DNA from: Bdellovibrionota bacterium | GTDB taxonomy: Bacteria; Bdellovibrionota_G; JALEGL01; DATDPG01 | Assembly (NCBI GenBank): GCA_963668355.1 | Contig: OY764265.1 | Location: 2,368,001 to 2,432,000, forward strand | Direction of reading: 5' to 3' | DNA: 64,000 bases | In this document: positions 1 to 10,211 of the stretch, one piece after another | How positions within the stretch are numbered: the stretch's first letter is position 1 | How the letters are laid out: the number at the start of each line of letters is the position of its first letter | Translations under genes and position numbers: made by a program | The notes under the pieces: generated by a model | What the model saw: the letters and a program-made list of their open reading frames with translations, nothing else | The model's database searches: none | What the model was told of the DNA's origin: nothing

Positions 1-1456
1 CTAAGCCAATGGTGCGTCCGGTTTGTCGTTGTTCATTTTTGATGACGCTTCGGATTTTTGATTTGGCTTTTGATGTCACGACGATCTTCAGCCAATCCTT
101 GGAAGGTCGTGCTTGGTCAGAGGTGACGACCTCCACCGTATCCCCATTTTTCATTTTGTATTTTAAGGGGACAATTTTTCCGTTCACGCGAGCGCCTTGA
201 CAGTGATGCCCAACGTCTGAGTGAATGCGATAGGCAAAATCAATGGGCGTAGAACCTCGAGGAAAATCCAACACTTCACCGTTGGGTGTAAACACGTACA
301 CTTCATTGGCAAACAGATCCATTTTGACGGTCTCGATGAATTCGTGACTGTCTTTTAAATCCTGTTGCCAGTCGAGCATGGATCGAAGCCAACTGAAGCT
401 TTCGACATCTGCTTTGCTTCCTTTTTCCTCTTTGTATAACCAATGAGCTGCAAAACCTTCTTCAGCGGTTTGGTGCATCTGTTTGGTTCGTATTTGAATT
501 TCGATTCGGCGACCTTCCGGTCCAATCACAGTGGTGTGTAGGCTTTGGTACATGTTCGCTTTTGGCAACGCGACATAGTCTTTAAATCTTCCAGGAACGG
601 GCTTCCATTGCGTGTGAATATGTCCGAGAGCCTCATAACATTCGGGAAGGGAGTCGACGATGATTCGAAAGGCCAAAATGTCTGCCACTTCATCAAAATC
701 CAAATTTTGGGCATTCATTTTTCGATAAATGGAATAAGGACTTTTGGGACGACCAGTAACTTCCCCTTTGATGTTTTCTTCCTTCATTTTGTTTCCAATG
801 TCAGAAATGACTTTGGAAATGTAGTTGTCCCGTTCCGGTGCGGTGTCTCGAAGGTTCTGAACGATTTTGACATAAGGATCTGGTTTTAAGTAACGGAAGG
901 CGAGGTCTTCCAGTTCGGTTCTCATCCAAGCGATTCCTAAACGATTGGCTAACGGAGCATAGATATCGAGTGTTTCTTGAGCAATGGCGATTTGTCTGGG
1001 CTCGGTCATATAGTCCAGCGTGCGCATATTGTGAAGTCGATCAGCCAGTTTGATGATGATCACCCGAATGTCCGTAGACATTGCGAGAAGCATTTTTCGA
1101 AAACTTTCAGCTTGTCTTACATCTTTAGATTTGAATGAAACTTTTGATAGTTTTGTGACGGCATCCACCAGGTGTGCAACATTGGGTCCGAATTTGGTTT
1201 CGACATCTTCAACCGAAACCAATGTGTCTTCGACCACGTCATGCAAAAGTCCTGTGGCAATGGTTTCTGAATCCCATTTGTGAGCGGCTAAAATATAAGC
1301 CACCTCTACGGGATGGTAAAAATAAGGTTCCCCAGATTTTCTTTTCTGGCCAGCATGAGCTTTCTCAGAATATTCGTAGGCCTTTCGAATTAACTGTAAC
1401 TCCTCTTTGGAGTTTTGTTTTGAGGCAGCCTCTAAAATGGAATCCAGGTTAATCAT
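1..1456 (-). CDS. rel: Bifunctional (p)ppGpp synthetase/hydrolase (RelA/SpoT homolog), 3' end outside window
   Basis: Manual minus-strand translation from ATG 1456: MINLDSILEA...HAGQKRKSGEPYFYHP...LLHDVVEDT (intact HD), PGRFKDYVA (RxKD), and a TGS region (VFTPNGEV...GSTPIDFAYRIHSDVG). An alternative in-frame ATG lies at 1498. Confidence 0.93.
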   Translation of the reverse strand, partial: MINLDSILEAASKQNSKEELQLIRKAYEYSEKAHAGQKRKSGEPYFYHPVEVAYILAAHKWDSETIATGLLHDVVEDTLVSVEDVETKFGPNVAHLVDAVTKLSKVSFKSKDVRQAESFRKMLLAMSTDIRVIIIKLADRLHNMRTLDYMTEPRQIAIAQETLDIYAPLANRLGIAWMRTELEDLAFRYLKPDPYVKIVQNLRDTAPERDNYISKVISDIGNKMKEENIKGEVTGRPKSPYSIYRKMNAQNLDFDEVADILAFRIIVDSLPECYEALGHIHTQWKPVPGRFKDYVALPKANMYQSLHTTVIGPEGRRIEIQIRTKQMHQTAEEGFAAHWLYKEEKGSKADVESFSWLRSMLDWQQDLKDSHEFIETVKMDLFANEVYVFTPNGEVLDFPRGSTPIDFAYRIHSDVGHHCQGARVNGKIVPLKYKMKNGDTVEVVTSDQARPSKDWLKIVVTSKAKSKIRSVIKNEQRQTGRTIGL

Positions 1457-1562
1457 TCTAGGACCGGGAATTGTAGCAGGGTTGCGCGGAATTTTCATGG
1501 TTAAGAAAAAGAATATTTTTCGGTAGAAAGATGTTTTCGACCATGCGAAGCTTCCCAGCACT

Positions 1563-2906
1563 ATGAGTCGCGAAGCCGTTTCGAGCAAAACTAGGCCCAT
1601 TACCTCTCGGGAGGACCTTTTCGACGTTTTTGAAAACGGAGGAAGGCCTCGAACCCAGTTTTCAATTGGGTTGGAAAGCGAGCTGTTAGGCGTGGATTCC
1701 CAAACGGGAGAGTCCTTGCCTTTTGACGGGCCACGGGGGGTGGAAAAGACCCTGCGGGATCTTCATGAAACCTTCGGTGCAGAATGCGTCATGAATGGCG
1801 ACCGAGTGATTGGCTTGATTCACGATGAGACGGCTGTGACCTTGGAACCCGGAGGCCAGTTGGAGCTTAGTAGCCGACAACATCAAAGCGTCGAAGGTGT
1901 GAAAAATGAGCTTTATCAACACTTGGCTGAATTGAAGTTTGTCTCCAAACGTTTGGGAACTAGCTGGTTGGCCCTAGGGGTGCAGCCGGTTACACCGCGC
2001 TCCAAAATCGCTTGGGTTCCTAAGTTTCGTTATCGGATCATGCGCAATTATTATGAGAAACGGGCGGATTCTACGTTTGACATGATGTTGAAAACCGCAT
2101 CGGTGCAGACCAACTTTGATTTTGTGGATGAGGCCGATGCACGAAAGAAGATGCGTTTGGGTGGTTTGTTGGGACCGGTTTTGGGGGCTCTGTGTGCGAA
2201 TTCGGCGATTGAAGAAGGAAAACTCAATGGCTTTGTGTCTCGTCGAATGGCCATCTGGCAAGATACTGACCTGGATCGCACCGGGGTGCCCAGCTTCTTT
2301 GTGGATGGCACGTTTTCTTTCGAAAAGTATGTGGACTATGCCTTAGATGTTCCGATGTACTTTATTTTGAGAAACGGAGAATACCTCGATCGCACAGGGA
2401 CGACCTTTCGAGAATATATGAAAACGGCTCCCGATCGTGACCCGGCAACCATGAGTGATTGGATCAATCATCTCACGACCTTGTTTCCAGATGTGCGCCT
2501 GAAAGGCCATTTGGAATTTCGAACCAGTGATGCGGTTGCTCCAAAACTGGTTCTCGCTGTGGCCGCTTTTTGGAAAGCCCTTACATTTGATGCCGATGCC
2601 ACGGATGAAGCCTTGGAACGAACGAAAGCGTTTGGAATGAAAGAAATTCTTGCGGCCAATCGGAGTGTTTCCTACGAGGGCTTACAAGCTCAGATGGGAA
2701 AACAATCCATTTTAGAAATCGCTCGAAGCATTCTTGGCGTAGCAAAGGTGGGTTTGTCACGACTGGACCATCGAGATGGGACCTTTGACATTCAGTATCT
2801 CACTCCCTTTCTGGAAATTGCAGAGATCGGTCAGTCCCCAGGTGAAACGGCTCGAAAGAATTGGCACGGGGATATTCGACGCTTTATCCAATGTCATCAA
2901 ATTTAA
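1563..2906 (+). CDS. gshA: Glutamate--cysteine ligase (GCS2 family, plant/alphaproteobacterial type)
   Basis: Motifs IGLESE, VTLEPGGQLELS, PKFRYRIM, TASVQTNFDF, DVPMYF, HLTTLFPDVRLK-LEFR. Confidence 0.9.
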   Translation: MSREAVSSKTRPITSREDLFDVFENGGRPRTQFSIGLESELLGVDSQTGESLPFDGPRGVEKTLRDLHETFGAECVMNGDRVIGLIHDETAVTLEPGGQLELSSRQHQSVEGVKNELYQHLAELKFVSKRLGTSWLALGVQPVTPRSKIAWVPKFRYRIMRNYYEKRADSTFDMMLKTASVQTNFDFVDEADARKKMRLGGLLGPVLGALCANSAIEEGKLNGFVSRRMAIWQDTDLDRTGVPSFFVDGTFSFEKYVDYALDVPMYFILRNGEYLDRTGTTFREYMKTAPDRDPATMSDWINHLTTLFPDVRLKGHLEFRTSDAVAPKLVLAVAAFWKALTFDADATDEALERTKAFGMKEILAANRSVSYEGLQAQMGKQSILEIARSILGVAKVGLSRLDHRDGTFDIQYLTPFLEIAEIGQSPGETARKNWHGDIRRFIQCHQI

Positions 2907-3331
2907 GTAGGACCTACTGGCTTCCAGCCCTCCTTTGGATGGGGATCATCTTTTTGTTTTCCAGTGATTTGTTTGCCGCTTCCCATACGGGATCTGTTTT
3001 CGAACTCTTGGTTCGAAGCGTTTGGCCCTCCATAAATGAATCCACGTTAAAAACGCTCCATTTTGGATTTCGAAAATGTGCCCATATATTTTCTTATGGG
3101 CTGTTGGCTTTTTTTTATTCCGTTGGTTTGACGAAAAATTTTTCGTTTCGAAAGAAAGATCAATTCGGAATCATGGTGAAATCTTTCTTAGGGGCCGTTC
3201 TCTATGCCGGGCTGGATGAATGGCACCAGTCTTTTTCCGCGGTTCGAACGGGAACGATTCTTGATGTTGGTTGGGATGCTCTCGGAGCGTGCATTTTCCA
3301 ACTTTGGATGTTTTTTGCAGGCAAAAAATAG
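2891..3331 (+). CDS. VanZ family membrane protein
   Basis: WLPALLWMGIIFLFSS, RKCAH, YAGLDEWHQSF...RTG...DVGWD. Start placed at ATG 2891; the ORF track starts at 2861. Confidence 0.85.
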   Translation: MSSNLSRTYWLPALLWMGIIFLFSSDLFAASHTGSVFELLVRSVWPSINESTLKTLHFGFRKCAHIFSYGLLAFFYSVGLTKNFSFRKKDQFGIMVKSFLGAVLYAGLDEWHQSFSAVRTGTILDVGWDALGACIFQLWMFFAGKK

Positions 3332-3431
3332 CCATCTAAGTTTGACCGCGACCTTTCAAAGGCCCCAAAAATTTGTGGGCGCCTAAGCCGCCAAGGCCTT
3401 AGAGGAAACACTCGGTGTCTGGTAATCGCTT

Positions 3432-4736
3432 TTAAAGACGAACGATTTTTGCGTTTTTCATGCCTTTCGTGGCATTGCGCGTATCCAAGATCAATCGAGA
3501 TTTTTCAACGATTCGATCATAATCATAGACTTTATGGTTTGTCGTGATGACCACCAAATCCTGCTCTGCAAGCATTTCGTCATTGAGTTCAACGGACTCG
3601 ACACACATTCCATTCTTTTTGAACGTCTTGGCATGAGGGTCGTTGTACGTGACTTTTGCTCCTCGCTCTTCCAAGAGCCGGAAGATGTCCAACGCGGGAG
3701 ATTCCCTCAAGTCAGAAATGTCCGGTTTGTAGGCCATGCCCAAAAGGAGAATCTTTGAACCCCGGACGCTTCGTTCCACATTGTTTAACGTGTCGGAAAC
3801 CAATGTGACGACGTGGTTGGGCATTCCTGTGTTGACCTCGGAAGCCAAGTCAATGAAGCGTGCATTGTAATTGAGTGTTCTTAGCTTCCAGGACAAGTAG
3901 AGTGGATCGATTGGAATGCAGTGTCCGCCTAGGCCTGGTCCCGGATAGAAAGGGGTGTATCCAAATGGTTTGGTTGCGGCGGCATCAATGACTTCCCACG
4001 TGTCGATGCCCAAAACTTGGCACATGATGGCCACTTCATTGACCAATCCAATATTCACCGCACGATACGTGTTTTCCAAGAGTTTAACCATTTCCGCGAC
4101 TTGGGTTGAACTTACGGGGACCACTTGTTCTACGATCTGGCTGTAGAGCATGGTTGCAATTTTTGTACATTCCTCGGTGGCTCCCCCGATGACTTTCGGT
4201 GTATTGCGAAGATAGTACTTGGGGTTTCCCGGATCGATGCGTTCGGGGGAGAAAGCCAAAAACAAATCTTTTCCGAGTTCCAGGTTGGCCTCTTTGGCCA
4301 TGGGTTCCAAAATTTCCTCAGTTGTTCCCGGATAGGTTGTGGACTCCAAGATGACAAGCATTTGGGGATGAATGTACTTCGTGATTTCCTTTCGAGCCGA
4401 AAGGACATAGGAAATATCTGGGTCTTTCGTTTTTCCCAGAGGCGTTGGAACACAAACGCTCACAGCATCGATGCTTTTTAGGATCGAAAAGTCTGTCGTT
4501 GCTTTAAACTTTCCACTTTCCCCGGTGACGGAGGCTAAAAGATCACTGGGAATATCCTCAACATAGCTTTCTCCTCGATTGAGTTGGTTTACTCGATCTT
4601 GGGAAATGTCAAAGCCGGTGACGGAAAAACCTTCCCGAGCTAATTCAACCGCCAAGGGGAGGCCTACATATCCCAGGCCAATGATTCCAATGTGAGCTGT
4701 TTTTGATTCGATTTTAGCTTTTAATTCTGCACTCAT
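3432..4736 (-). CDS. Nucleotide-sugar 6-dehydrogenase (UDP-GlcNAc/UDP-ManNAc dehydrogenase, WbpA/TviB-like)
   Basis: GLGYVG Rossmann motif, CVPTP, ESTTYPGTT, SPERIDPG, KLLENTYRAVNI, GGHCIPIDP. Confidence 0.92.
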   Translation of the reverse strand: MSAELKAKIESKTAHIGIIGLGYVGLPLAVELAREGFSVTGFDISQDRVNQLNRGESYVEDIPSDLLASVTGESGKFKATTDFSILKSIDAVSVCVPTPLGKTKDPDISYVLSARKEITKYIHPQMLVILESTTYPGTTEEILEPMAKEANLELGKDLFLAFSPERIDPGNPKYYLRNTPKVIGGATEECTKIATMLYSQIVEQVVPVSSTQVAEMVKLLENTYRAVNIGLVNEVAIMCQVLGIDTWEVIDAAATKPFGYTPFYPGPGLGGHCIPIDPLYLSWKLRTLNYNARFIDLASEVNTGMPNHVVTLVSDTLNNVERSVRGSKILLLGMAYKPDISDLRESPALDIFRLLEERGAKVTYNDPHAKTFKKNGMCVESVELNDEMLAEQDLVVITTNHKVYDYDRIVEKSRLILDTRNATKGMKNAKIVRL

Positions 4737-4744
4737 GGGGCGAT

Positions 4745-4773
4745 TTGGTACGCCTCTTCTTTTGATTTTGCAA
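4745..4773 (-). promoter_or_regulatory. Putative sigma70-type promoter, near-leaderless
   Basis: Minus strand TTGCAA-N17-TACCAA, 8 nt before ATG 4736, no Shine-Dalgarno. Confidence 0.45.
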
Positions 4774-4865
4774 TGAAAGTAGACAGATTTTTGGCAAAAA
4801 AATGGGGTTTCAGAGAGGTTTGCTTCAGAGGCAATACGCGCTACGATGCGCTACCTGGAACCACA

Positions 4866-5681
4866 ATGAAGCTTTCATTCACAAAAATGCATGGGTTGGG
4901 AAATGATTTTGTCCTCCTGGATGGGCGGGATCAACCGGACTCCCCTTGGGGAAAATGGGCCGTCCAATTGCTGGACCGTAGATTCGGTGTGGGGGCCGAC
5001 CAACTTTTGGTTATTTTGCCGTCCAAACGAGCTGACGTGTTTATGGGAACCTTCGAAAGGGATGGACGATCCTCAGAAATGTGTGGAAATGGTGCCAGAT
5101 GCGTTGCCCGTTTTCTCTTCGAGCATTCGGATTCCAAGAAAGAATGGAAGGTTGAAACTCCGGGGGGCATCAAAGTCATTCGGGTTCACGACGTGGACGA
5201 GATTGAAGTGGATATGGGGCCTCCCGCGTTTGAGCATTCGCGGCAATTTCCTCAGATCGAAACGTGGCCTTTTCGTACCTTGATTCAAGGAGAAGAGCTG
5301 GAATTGTTTCCTGTTTCGATGGGCAATCCCCATGCGGTTTTATTTGTCGAAAATGACACCGACCTCGAAAAAATCCAAATCCTCGGGCCCAAATTGGAAA
5401 GCGATCCGACCTTTCCTGAAGGGGTCAACTGCGAACTGGTTTATGTTCAGGATTTGCATCATGTGAAAGTCAGGGTGTGGGAGAGAGGGGCGGGAGAGAC
5501 ATTGGCTTGTGGAACGGGAGCTTGCGCAGTTGCTGCGGCTGCCATACAACACGGAATCGCTCAGAGTCCTGTAACGGTTGTTTTCAAAGGGGGGGCACTT
5601 CGTTTGGAGTGGAAACCTGGATCTTCGATGAAAATGACGGGACCCGCCACGGAAGTTTTTCAAGGAGAAATTGACGTATGA
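4866..5681 (+). CDS. dapF: Diaminopimelate epimerase
   Basis: FTKMHGLGNDF, EMCGNGARC, SMGNPHAV, VWERGAGETLACGTGACA. Confidence 0.96.
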   Translation: MKLSFTKMHGLGNDFVLLDGRDQPDSPWGKWAVQLLDRRFGVGADQLLVILPSKRADVFMGTFERDGRSSEMCGNGARCVARFLFEHSDSKKEWKVETPGGIKVIRVHDVDEIEVDMGPPAFEHSRQFPQIETWPFRTLIQGEELELFPVSMGNPHAVLFVENDTDLEKIQILGPKLESDPTFPEGVNCELVYVQDLHHVKVRVWERGAGETLACGTGACAVAAAAIQHGIAQSPVTVVFKGGALRLEWKPGSSMKMTGPATEVFQGEIDV

Positions 5682-6559
5682 AATCATCATGGAAAGGCAT
5701 TTTTGTCGCTACGGTCACGCCCTTTAAAAATGGAGAGGTGGATGTGGATGCTTTCGTTAGGCATCTGGATCGTCTTTTGGAAGCCAACGTTCATGGAATT
5801 TGTCCGGCAGGGACTACGGGGGAAGGAAGTACTTTAAGTGATCGTGAGTTTGCTTTGGTCGTGGAAACGGCCTTGCGAAGGACAGAAGGAAAGATCCCCG
5901 TGGTTGTTGGGACCGGAGCGAATGATACCGTTCGAACGGTGGATCGAACTCGGTTGGCCAAGACACTTGGAGCCGATGGCGCTTTGGTGGTGACTCCATA
6001 CTACGTAAAGCCCACACAAGAAGGACTGATTCGGCATTATGAGACCTTGGTCAAGGAAGTTGATTTGCCGATGATGATGTACAACGTTCCGGGGAGGACG
6101 GCGGTGAATATGCTGCCAGAGACCGTAGAGAAACTGAGTCGACACCAAAATATTGTGGCTCTCAAGGAATGTGCTTCGCTGAATCAAGTGGGAGAGGTTC
6201 TTCGGAACGTAGAGGGCCGTTTGTCTGTCTTCTCCGGGGAAGATGGTGTGATGTTTCCCTTCCTTGCGATGGGAGGAACCGGCGTGGTGTCGGTTCTGGC
6301 CAATGTGACCCCCGAACTTTGCGTTGCGTTGTATCGAGACGTCATGGAAAAGAACTTGGGTCAGGCGAAGGAAACATATGAACGACTGCTCGGTTTAACG
6401 AGTTGGCTTTTTTGCCAATCGAATCCCATTCCCGTAAAAGCGGCACTGGCTCATTTGGGAATCATGGAAAATGAGGTTCGATCCCCCTTATCTGAATTGG
6501 ATCCGTGTTTTATGGAAGAGGGGATTCGGAAGATGAAAGAGATTGGAGTGACATCATGA
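5678..6559 (+). CDS. dapA: 4-hydroxy-tetrahydrodipicolinate synthase
   Basis: GTTGE, VTPYY, YNVPGRT, Schiff-base Lys in ALKE, NPIPVK; ATGA overlap with dapF. Confidence 0.96.
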   Translation: MKSSWKGIFVATVTPFKNGEVDVDAFVRHLDRLLEANVHGICPAGTTGEGSTLSDREFALVVETALRRTEGKIPVVVGTGANDTVRTVDRTRLAKTLGADGALVVTPYYVKPTQEGLIRHYETLVKEVDLPMMMYNVPGRTAVNMLPETVEKLSRHQNIVALKECASLNQVGEVLRNVEGRLSVFSGEDGVMFPFLAMGGTGVVSVLANVTPELCVALYRDVMEKNLGQAKETYERLLGLTSWLFCQSNPIPVKAALAHLGIMENEVRSPLSELDPCFMEEGIRKMKEIGVTS

Positions 6560-7368
6560 CAAAAGTTCGATTGGTTGTTCTTGGAGCCATGGGAAGAATG
6601 GGGCGCGCCATTTTGGATGCGATTGCCAATGATTCTTCCTTTCATTTGAAAGGGGCTGTGGTTCGAGAGAGCGCGAACAAATCTTCTAAAACCTCCAAGG
6701 GAGAAGGCCTGAAGAAACTCGGAAATGTCGCGCTTGAAACTTCGGTTGAGAGAGTGGCGACAAAACGAGATGTGGTTGTGGATGTGACTCAGCCGACTTC
6801 CGTGATTCGAAATGTTAACTGGGCAGCAAAAGCTGGAACGCCTTATGTTTTGGCGGTTACGGGTTTAAGTGAAAAAGCGGAAGCCGCAGTGGCCAAAGCG
6901 GCCAAAAAAATTCCCATCGTGGTTGCTCCAAATTTGAGTATGGGGGTAGCCGTTCTAAGTGAAGTGGCTTGGATTGCGGCGGCCTTGTTGCCCGATTGTG
7001 AAATAGAAATTGTTGAATCTCATCACCGAGACAAAAAAGATGCCCCTAGTGGAACAGCTCTTTCTTTGGCCCAGCTCATGATGGATGTGTCGAATCGAAA
7101 AGGCACCATCCAACTCGGACGTCCAGCCAAAGGAAAAACCAAGTCAGATTCTGTGACCATTCACTCATTACGTGGAGGAGATGTCGTAGGGGAACATCGC
7201 ATTTATCTGACGATGAATGGAGAACGCATTGAACTCTCTCATGTAGCCAATTCAAGGGCCATTTTTGCTCGAGGCGCATTGAAGGCCGCTCGCTTTGTTT
7301 ATGGTCAGAAACCCGGAATCTATACGATGCACGACGTGATGGGACTGGGAGAAGAGAAGAGCGCATGA
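6556..7368 (+). CDS. dapB: 4-hydroxy-tetrahydrodipicolinate reductase
   Basis: GAMGRMG, EIVESHHRDKKDAPSGTA, SLRGGDVVGEH. Confidence 0.96.
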   Translation: MTKVRLVVLGAMGRMGRAILDAIANDSSFHLKGAVVRESANKSSKTSKGEGLKKLGNVALETSVERVATKRDVVVDVTQPTSVIRNVNWAAKAGTPYVLAVTGLSEKAEAAVAKAAKKIPIVVAPNLSMGVAVLSEVAWIAAALLPDCEIEIVESHHRDKKDAPSGTALSLAQLMMDVSNRKGTIQLGRPAKGKTKSDSVTIHSLRGGDVVGEHRIYLTMNGERIELSHVANSRAIFARGALKAARFVYGQKPGIYTMHDVMGLGEEKSA

Positions 7369-8531
7369 AAAATTGGCTTTGGTCTGAACGAATTTCGAGT
7401 CTCCCTCCGTATCTCTTTGCTGAGATTGATCGCATCCGGGGGGCATTGGAACAAGAAGGGGTGGATGTCATTGATTTGTCCATTGGGGATCCCGACCTTC
7501 CGACGCCCTCTCTCATTGTGGATCAGATGCGCAAAGAGATTGAGGATCCAAGGCATCATCAATATCCCTCCTATGTGGGGAGTTTGCGTTTTCGTCGAGC
7601 CGTAGCGCTTTGGATTCAAGATCGCTTTGGTGTCAAATTGGATGCGGAAACGGAAGTCATCGCTTTAATTGGCTCAAAAGAGGGGATCGCGCATGCGCCC
7701 TTGGCTTTTTTAAATCCCGGAGAAGTAGGACTTGTGCCCAATCCAGGATACCCCGTTTATGGAACCTCCGTTTCTTTTGCTGGAGGAAAAGCGGTGGAGG
7801 TGAAGCTGGATGCTTCCAAAGGTTATCTTCCGGATTTCTCTTCTCTTTCTTCCAATGACAAGGAGAAAGCGAAGCTTCTTTTTCTCAATTATCCTAATAA
7901 TCCAACCGGCGCGACGTTGGACGGAAGTGATTTTGATAAAATTCTTGAATGGGCGGAAACCCATCAAGTTTTGGTTTGTCATGATGCGGCCTATACGGAA
8001 GTCACGTTTGGTGGTTATGAGCCAAAGAGCATTCTTCAATCTCCCAAGGGAATGGCCAATGCCATCGAATTTCATAGCCTAAGCAAGACGTTTAATATGA
8101 CCGGGTGGAGAATCGGCTTTGCGGTTGGAAATCGAGATGCCATTGCAGGGTTGGGAAAGATTAAAACCAATGTCGATTCGGGAGTGTTTGGAGCCATTCA
8201 AGAAGCGGGAATCACGGCGCTTGAAAATTGGAAACAACTTCGCGATCAAAACAACCGCATTTATGAACATCGAAGAGATATGCTCTGCGAAGGCTTGAAA
8301 CAATTGGGGATTGAGTTCTTCGTGCCGAGAGCTTCCTTCTATGTTTGGTGCCGAGTGCCCACGGAAGAGACATCCGCCCAGTTTTGCTCCAGGGTATTGA
8401 AGGAAGCTGGAATTGCTCTGACGCCGGGAAACGGATTTGGAGATCATGGGGAGGGCTATTTCCGAATTTCGTTAACGGCATCTGAAGTTCGAATTCAAGA
8501 GGCGCTGTCCCGTTTACAAGGAAGGATCTAA
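7365..8531 (+). CDS. dapL: LL-diaminopimelate aminotransferase
   Basis: LPPYLFAEID, LIGSKEGIAH, NYPNNPTG, HDAAY, SLSKTFNMTGWRIG; located in the dap operon. Confidence 0.88.
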   Translation: MKNWLWSERISSLPPYLFAEIDRIRGALEQEGVDVIDLSIGDPDLPTPSLIVDQMRKEIEDPRHHQYPSYVGSLRFRRAVALWIQDRFGVKLDAETEVIALIGSKEGIAHAPLAFLNPGEVGLVPNPGYPVYGTSVSFAGGKAVEVKLDASKGYLPDFSSLSSNDKEKAKLLFLNYPNNPTGATLDGSDFDKILEWAETHQVLVCHDAAYTEVTFGGYEPKSILQSPKGMANAIEFHSLSKTFNMTGWRIGFAVGNRDAIAGLGKIKTNVDSGVFGAIQEAGITALENWKQLRDQNNRIYEHRRDMLCEGLKQLGIEFFVPRASFYVWCRVPTEETSAQFCSRVLKEAGIALTPGNGFGDHGEGYFRISLTASEVRIQEALSRLQGRI

Positions 8532-8783
8532 GTGGGATTGGCTCGACTTTTTCTTTGGGGGCTTTTGTTTTACGGCCTTTGGAAAATGGCCAAACACTTT
8601 TTTACGTTGCGAGAACGTCTGAGATCTACGGCTTCGCAAACCGAACCTGGAGTGGATGACGTATTGGTGAAAGATCCCGTTTGTGGTGCCATGGTGCCAA
8701 AAGGACAGGCGGTGATTCACCGAAGTTGGGGCAAGACGACCTATTTTTGTTCTGAGGCCTGCCGAGACAAAAAATTTGGTTGA
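8532..8783 (+). CDS. Small YHS/TRASH metal-binding domain protein with N-terminal membrane anchor
   Basis: KDPVCG...YFCSEAC; hydrophobic N-terminus. Confidence 0.8.
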   Translation: MGLARLFLWGLLFYGLWKMAKHFFTLRERLRSTASQTEPGVDDVLVKDPVCGAMVPKGQAVIHRSWGKTTYFCSEACRDKKFG

Positions 8784-8848
8784 TTTTGAAGGGCTTGGGC
8801 GAGTCCACAATCTTCACAAAACAGATTTTTCTCAAATATCACAGTAAC

Positions 8849-8877
8849 TTGACAGAGTTGGGTGCCTTCGATACCTC
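8849..8877 (+). promoter_or_regulatory. Putative sigma70 promoter for a leaderless mRNA
   Basis: TTGACA(8849-54)-N17-TACCTC(8872-77), 6 nt before ATG 8884. Confidence 0.55.
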
Positions 8878-8883
8878 ATAAAT

Positions 8884-9393
8884 ATGAAGTCATATCGTCT
8901 GCTCTGTGTCCTGGGTTGTTTATGTGTTTCATGGCTAGGAGCTTCCTCTGCCAAGGCTGCGGGAGGCTACCTCGATTACAAGCCTTTCAGTGCACGACTT
9001 GGAGTAGGGGCAAACTTTGGCCCGAATTCCTTTCTCGTTTTGGGCGGGGTCGAGGGGCATATTGATCGGTTTTTTTCGCTTGGGCCGCAATTTCAAGCGG
9101 GATTCAGTTCTTCGACCAAGCTTTACATTACCACCCTTGAGGGACGGTATACGCTTCCCCTCCATTCCATGATGGAGAGGGCCAAGCTTTCCATGCATGG
9201 CGGTGCCGGGCTAATTGTTCGGGACTTTCAAGGATTTCAATTCAATGATTTTGTGTTCTCAACGGGTGTCGATTTCGATTATTTTGTGATCGAAGGAGTC
9301 ACGGTTGGTCTCGGTGGAATACTCAACATCACAGGAAACTCAAATGAGCGATTCATTACGTCCGTCATGGGTTCCTGTGCGTATCATTTTTAA
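8884..9393 (+). CDS. Small outer-membrane beta-barrel protein (about 8 strands)
   Basis: Signal-peptide-like N-terminus, alternating amphipathic strands, C-terminal ...CAYHF barrel signal. Confidence 0.7.
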   Translation: MKSYRLLCVLGCLCVSWLGASSAKAAGGYLDYKPFSARLGVGANFGPNSFLVLGGVEGHIDRFFSLGPQFQAGFSSSTKLYITTLEGRYTLPLHSMMERAKLSMHGGAGLIVRDFQGFQFNDFVFSTGVDFDYFVIEGVTVGLGGILNITGNSNERFITSVMGSCAYHF

Positions 9394-9413
9394 GACAAAC
9401 GGAGGAAAGAATT

Positions 9414-10199
9414 GTGAAAATTGGTGTGTGTATCAAACAGGTTCCTGACACGGCTGCAAAAATCAGTGTGAATGGAGATGGCTCTGGAATTGTGGAAGAG
9501 GGCATTAAATTTGTCATGAGCCCTTATGATGAGTACGCCGTGGAAGAAGCATTGCTCACCAAAGAAAAGATTTCGGGGAGTGAGGTGGTTGCTTTTTCGG
9601 TGGGTCCCAAACGGGTTCAAGAGGCCCTTCGGAGTGCTTTGGCAATGGGGTGTGATCAAGCGGTTCACATCAATACCGAAGGGCAGGATTCGATCGATGC
9701 ATTGGCTACGGCCAAAGCCTTGGCTTCCCAAGTAACGTCACAGGGCGTGGGTCTGTTGTTTACGGGAAAACAAGCTGCGGATCATGATCACGCGCAAGTT
9801 AGTCAAATGTTAGCTGAACTCTTGACCTGGCCCCACGTGACTGTGGTTAGCAAGTTTGAGTTGAATGGCGAAACCGGAGCCAAAGTCGAACGAGATGTTG
9901 AAGGTGGAAGCAAGCAGGTTTGGGAAGTTGAATTTCCTGCCGTTTTGGCAGCGAACAAGGGGCTAAACGAACCTCGGTACGCATCCTTAAAAGGAATCAT
10001 GCAGGCGAAAAAGAAACCGATGAACGAAGTTCCTGTGGCAGACGCCGTTGAAGGTCCAGATGCTTTGAACGCCAAAGTCAAACTGGAAAACTTTCGTGTG
10101 CCACCTGCTCGAAAAGCGGGGAAAGTCTTCAAAGATGATCCCAAGGCAGCGGCAAAAGAAGTGGCGCGACTGTTGCGTGAAGAGGCAAAAGTCATCTAA
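9414..10199 (+). CDS. etfB: Electron transfer flavoprotein beta subunit
   Basis: VCIKQVPD, PYDEYAVEEAL, GKQAAD, NEPRYASLKGIMQAKKKP. Confidence 0.96.
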   Translation: MKIGVCIKQVPDTAAKISVNGDGSGIVEEGIKFVMSPYDEYAVEEALLTKEKISGSEVVAFSVGPKRVQEALRSALAMGCDQAVHINTEGQDSIDALATAKALASQVTSQGVGLLFTGKQAADHDHAQVSQMLAELLTWPHVTVVSKFELNGETGAKVERDVEGGSKQVWEVEFPAVLAANKGLNEPRYASLKGIMQAKKKPMNEVPVADAVEGPDALNAKVKLENFRVPPARKAGKVFKDDPKAAAKEVARLLREEAKVI

Positions 10200-10211
10200 G
10201 GGGAGAGCGAA

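Noticed and set aside
9..1452. Several short plus-strand ORFs
   Set aside because: They lie opposite rel, which the ORF track missed because its stop codon is outside the window.
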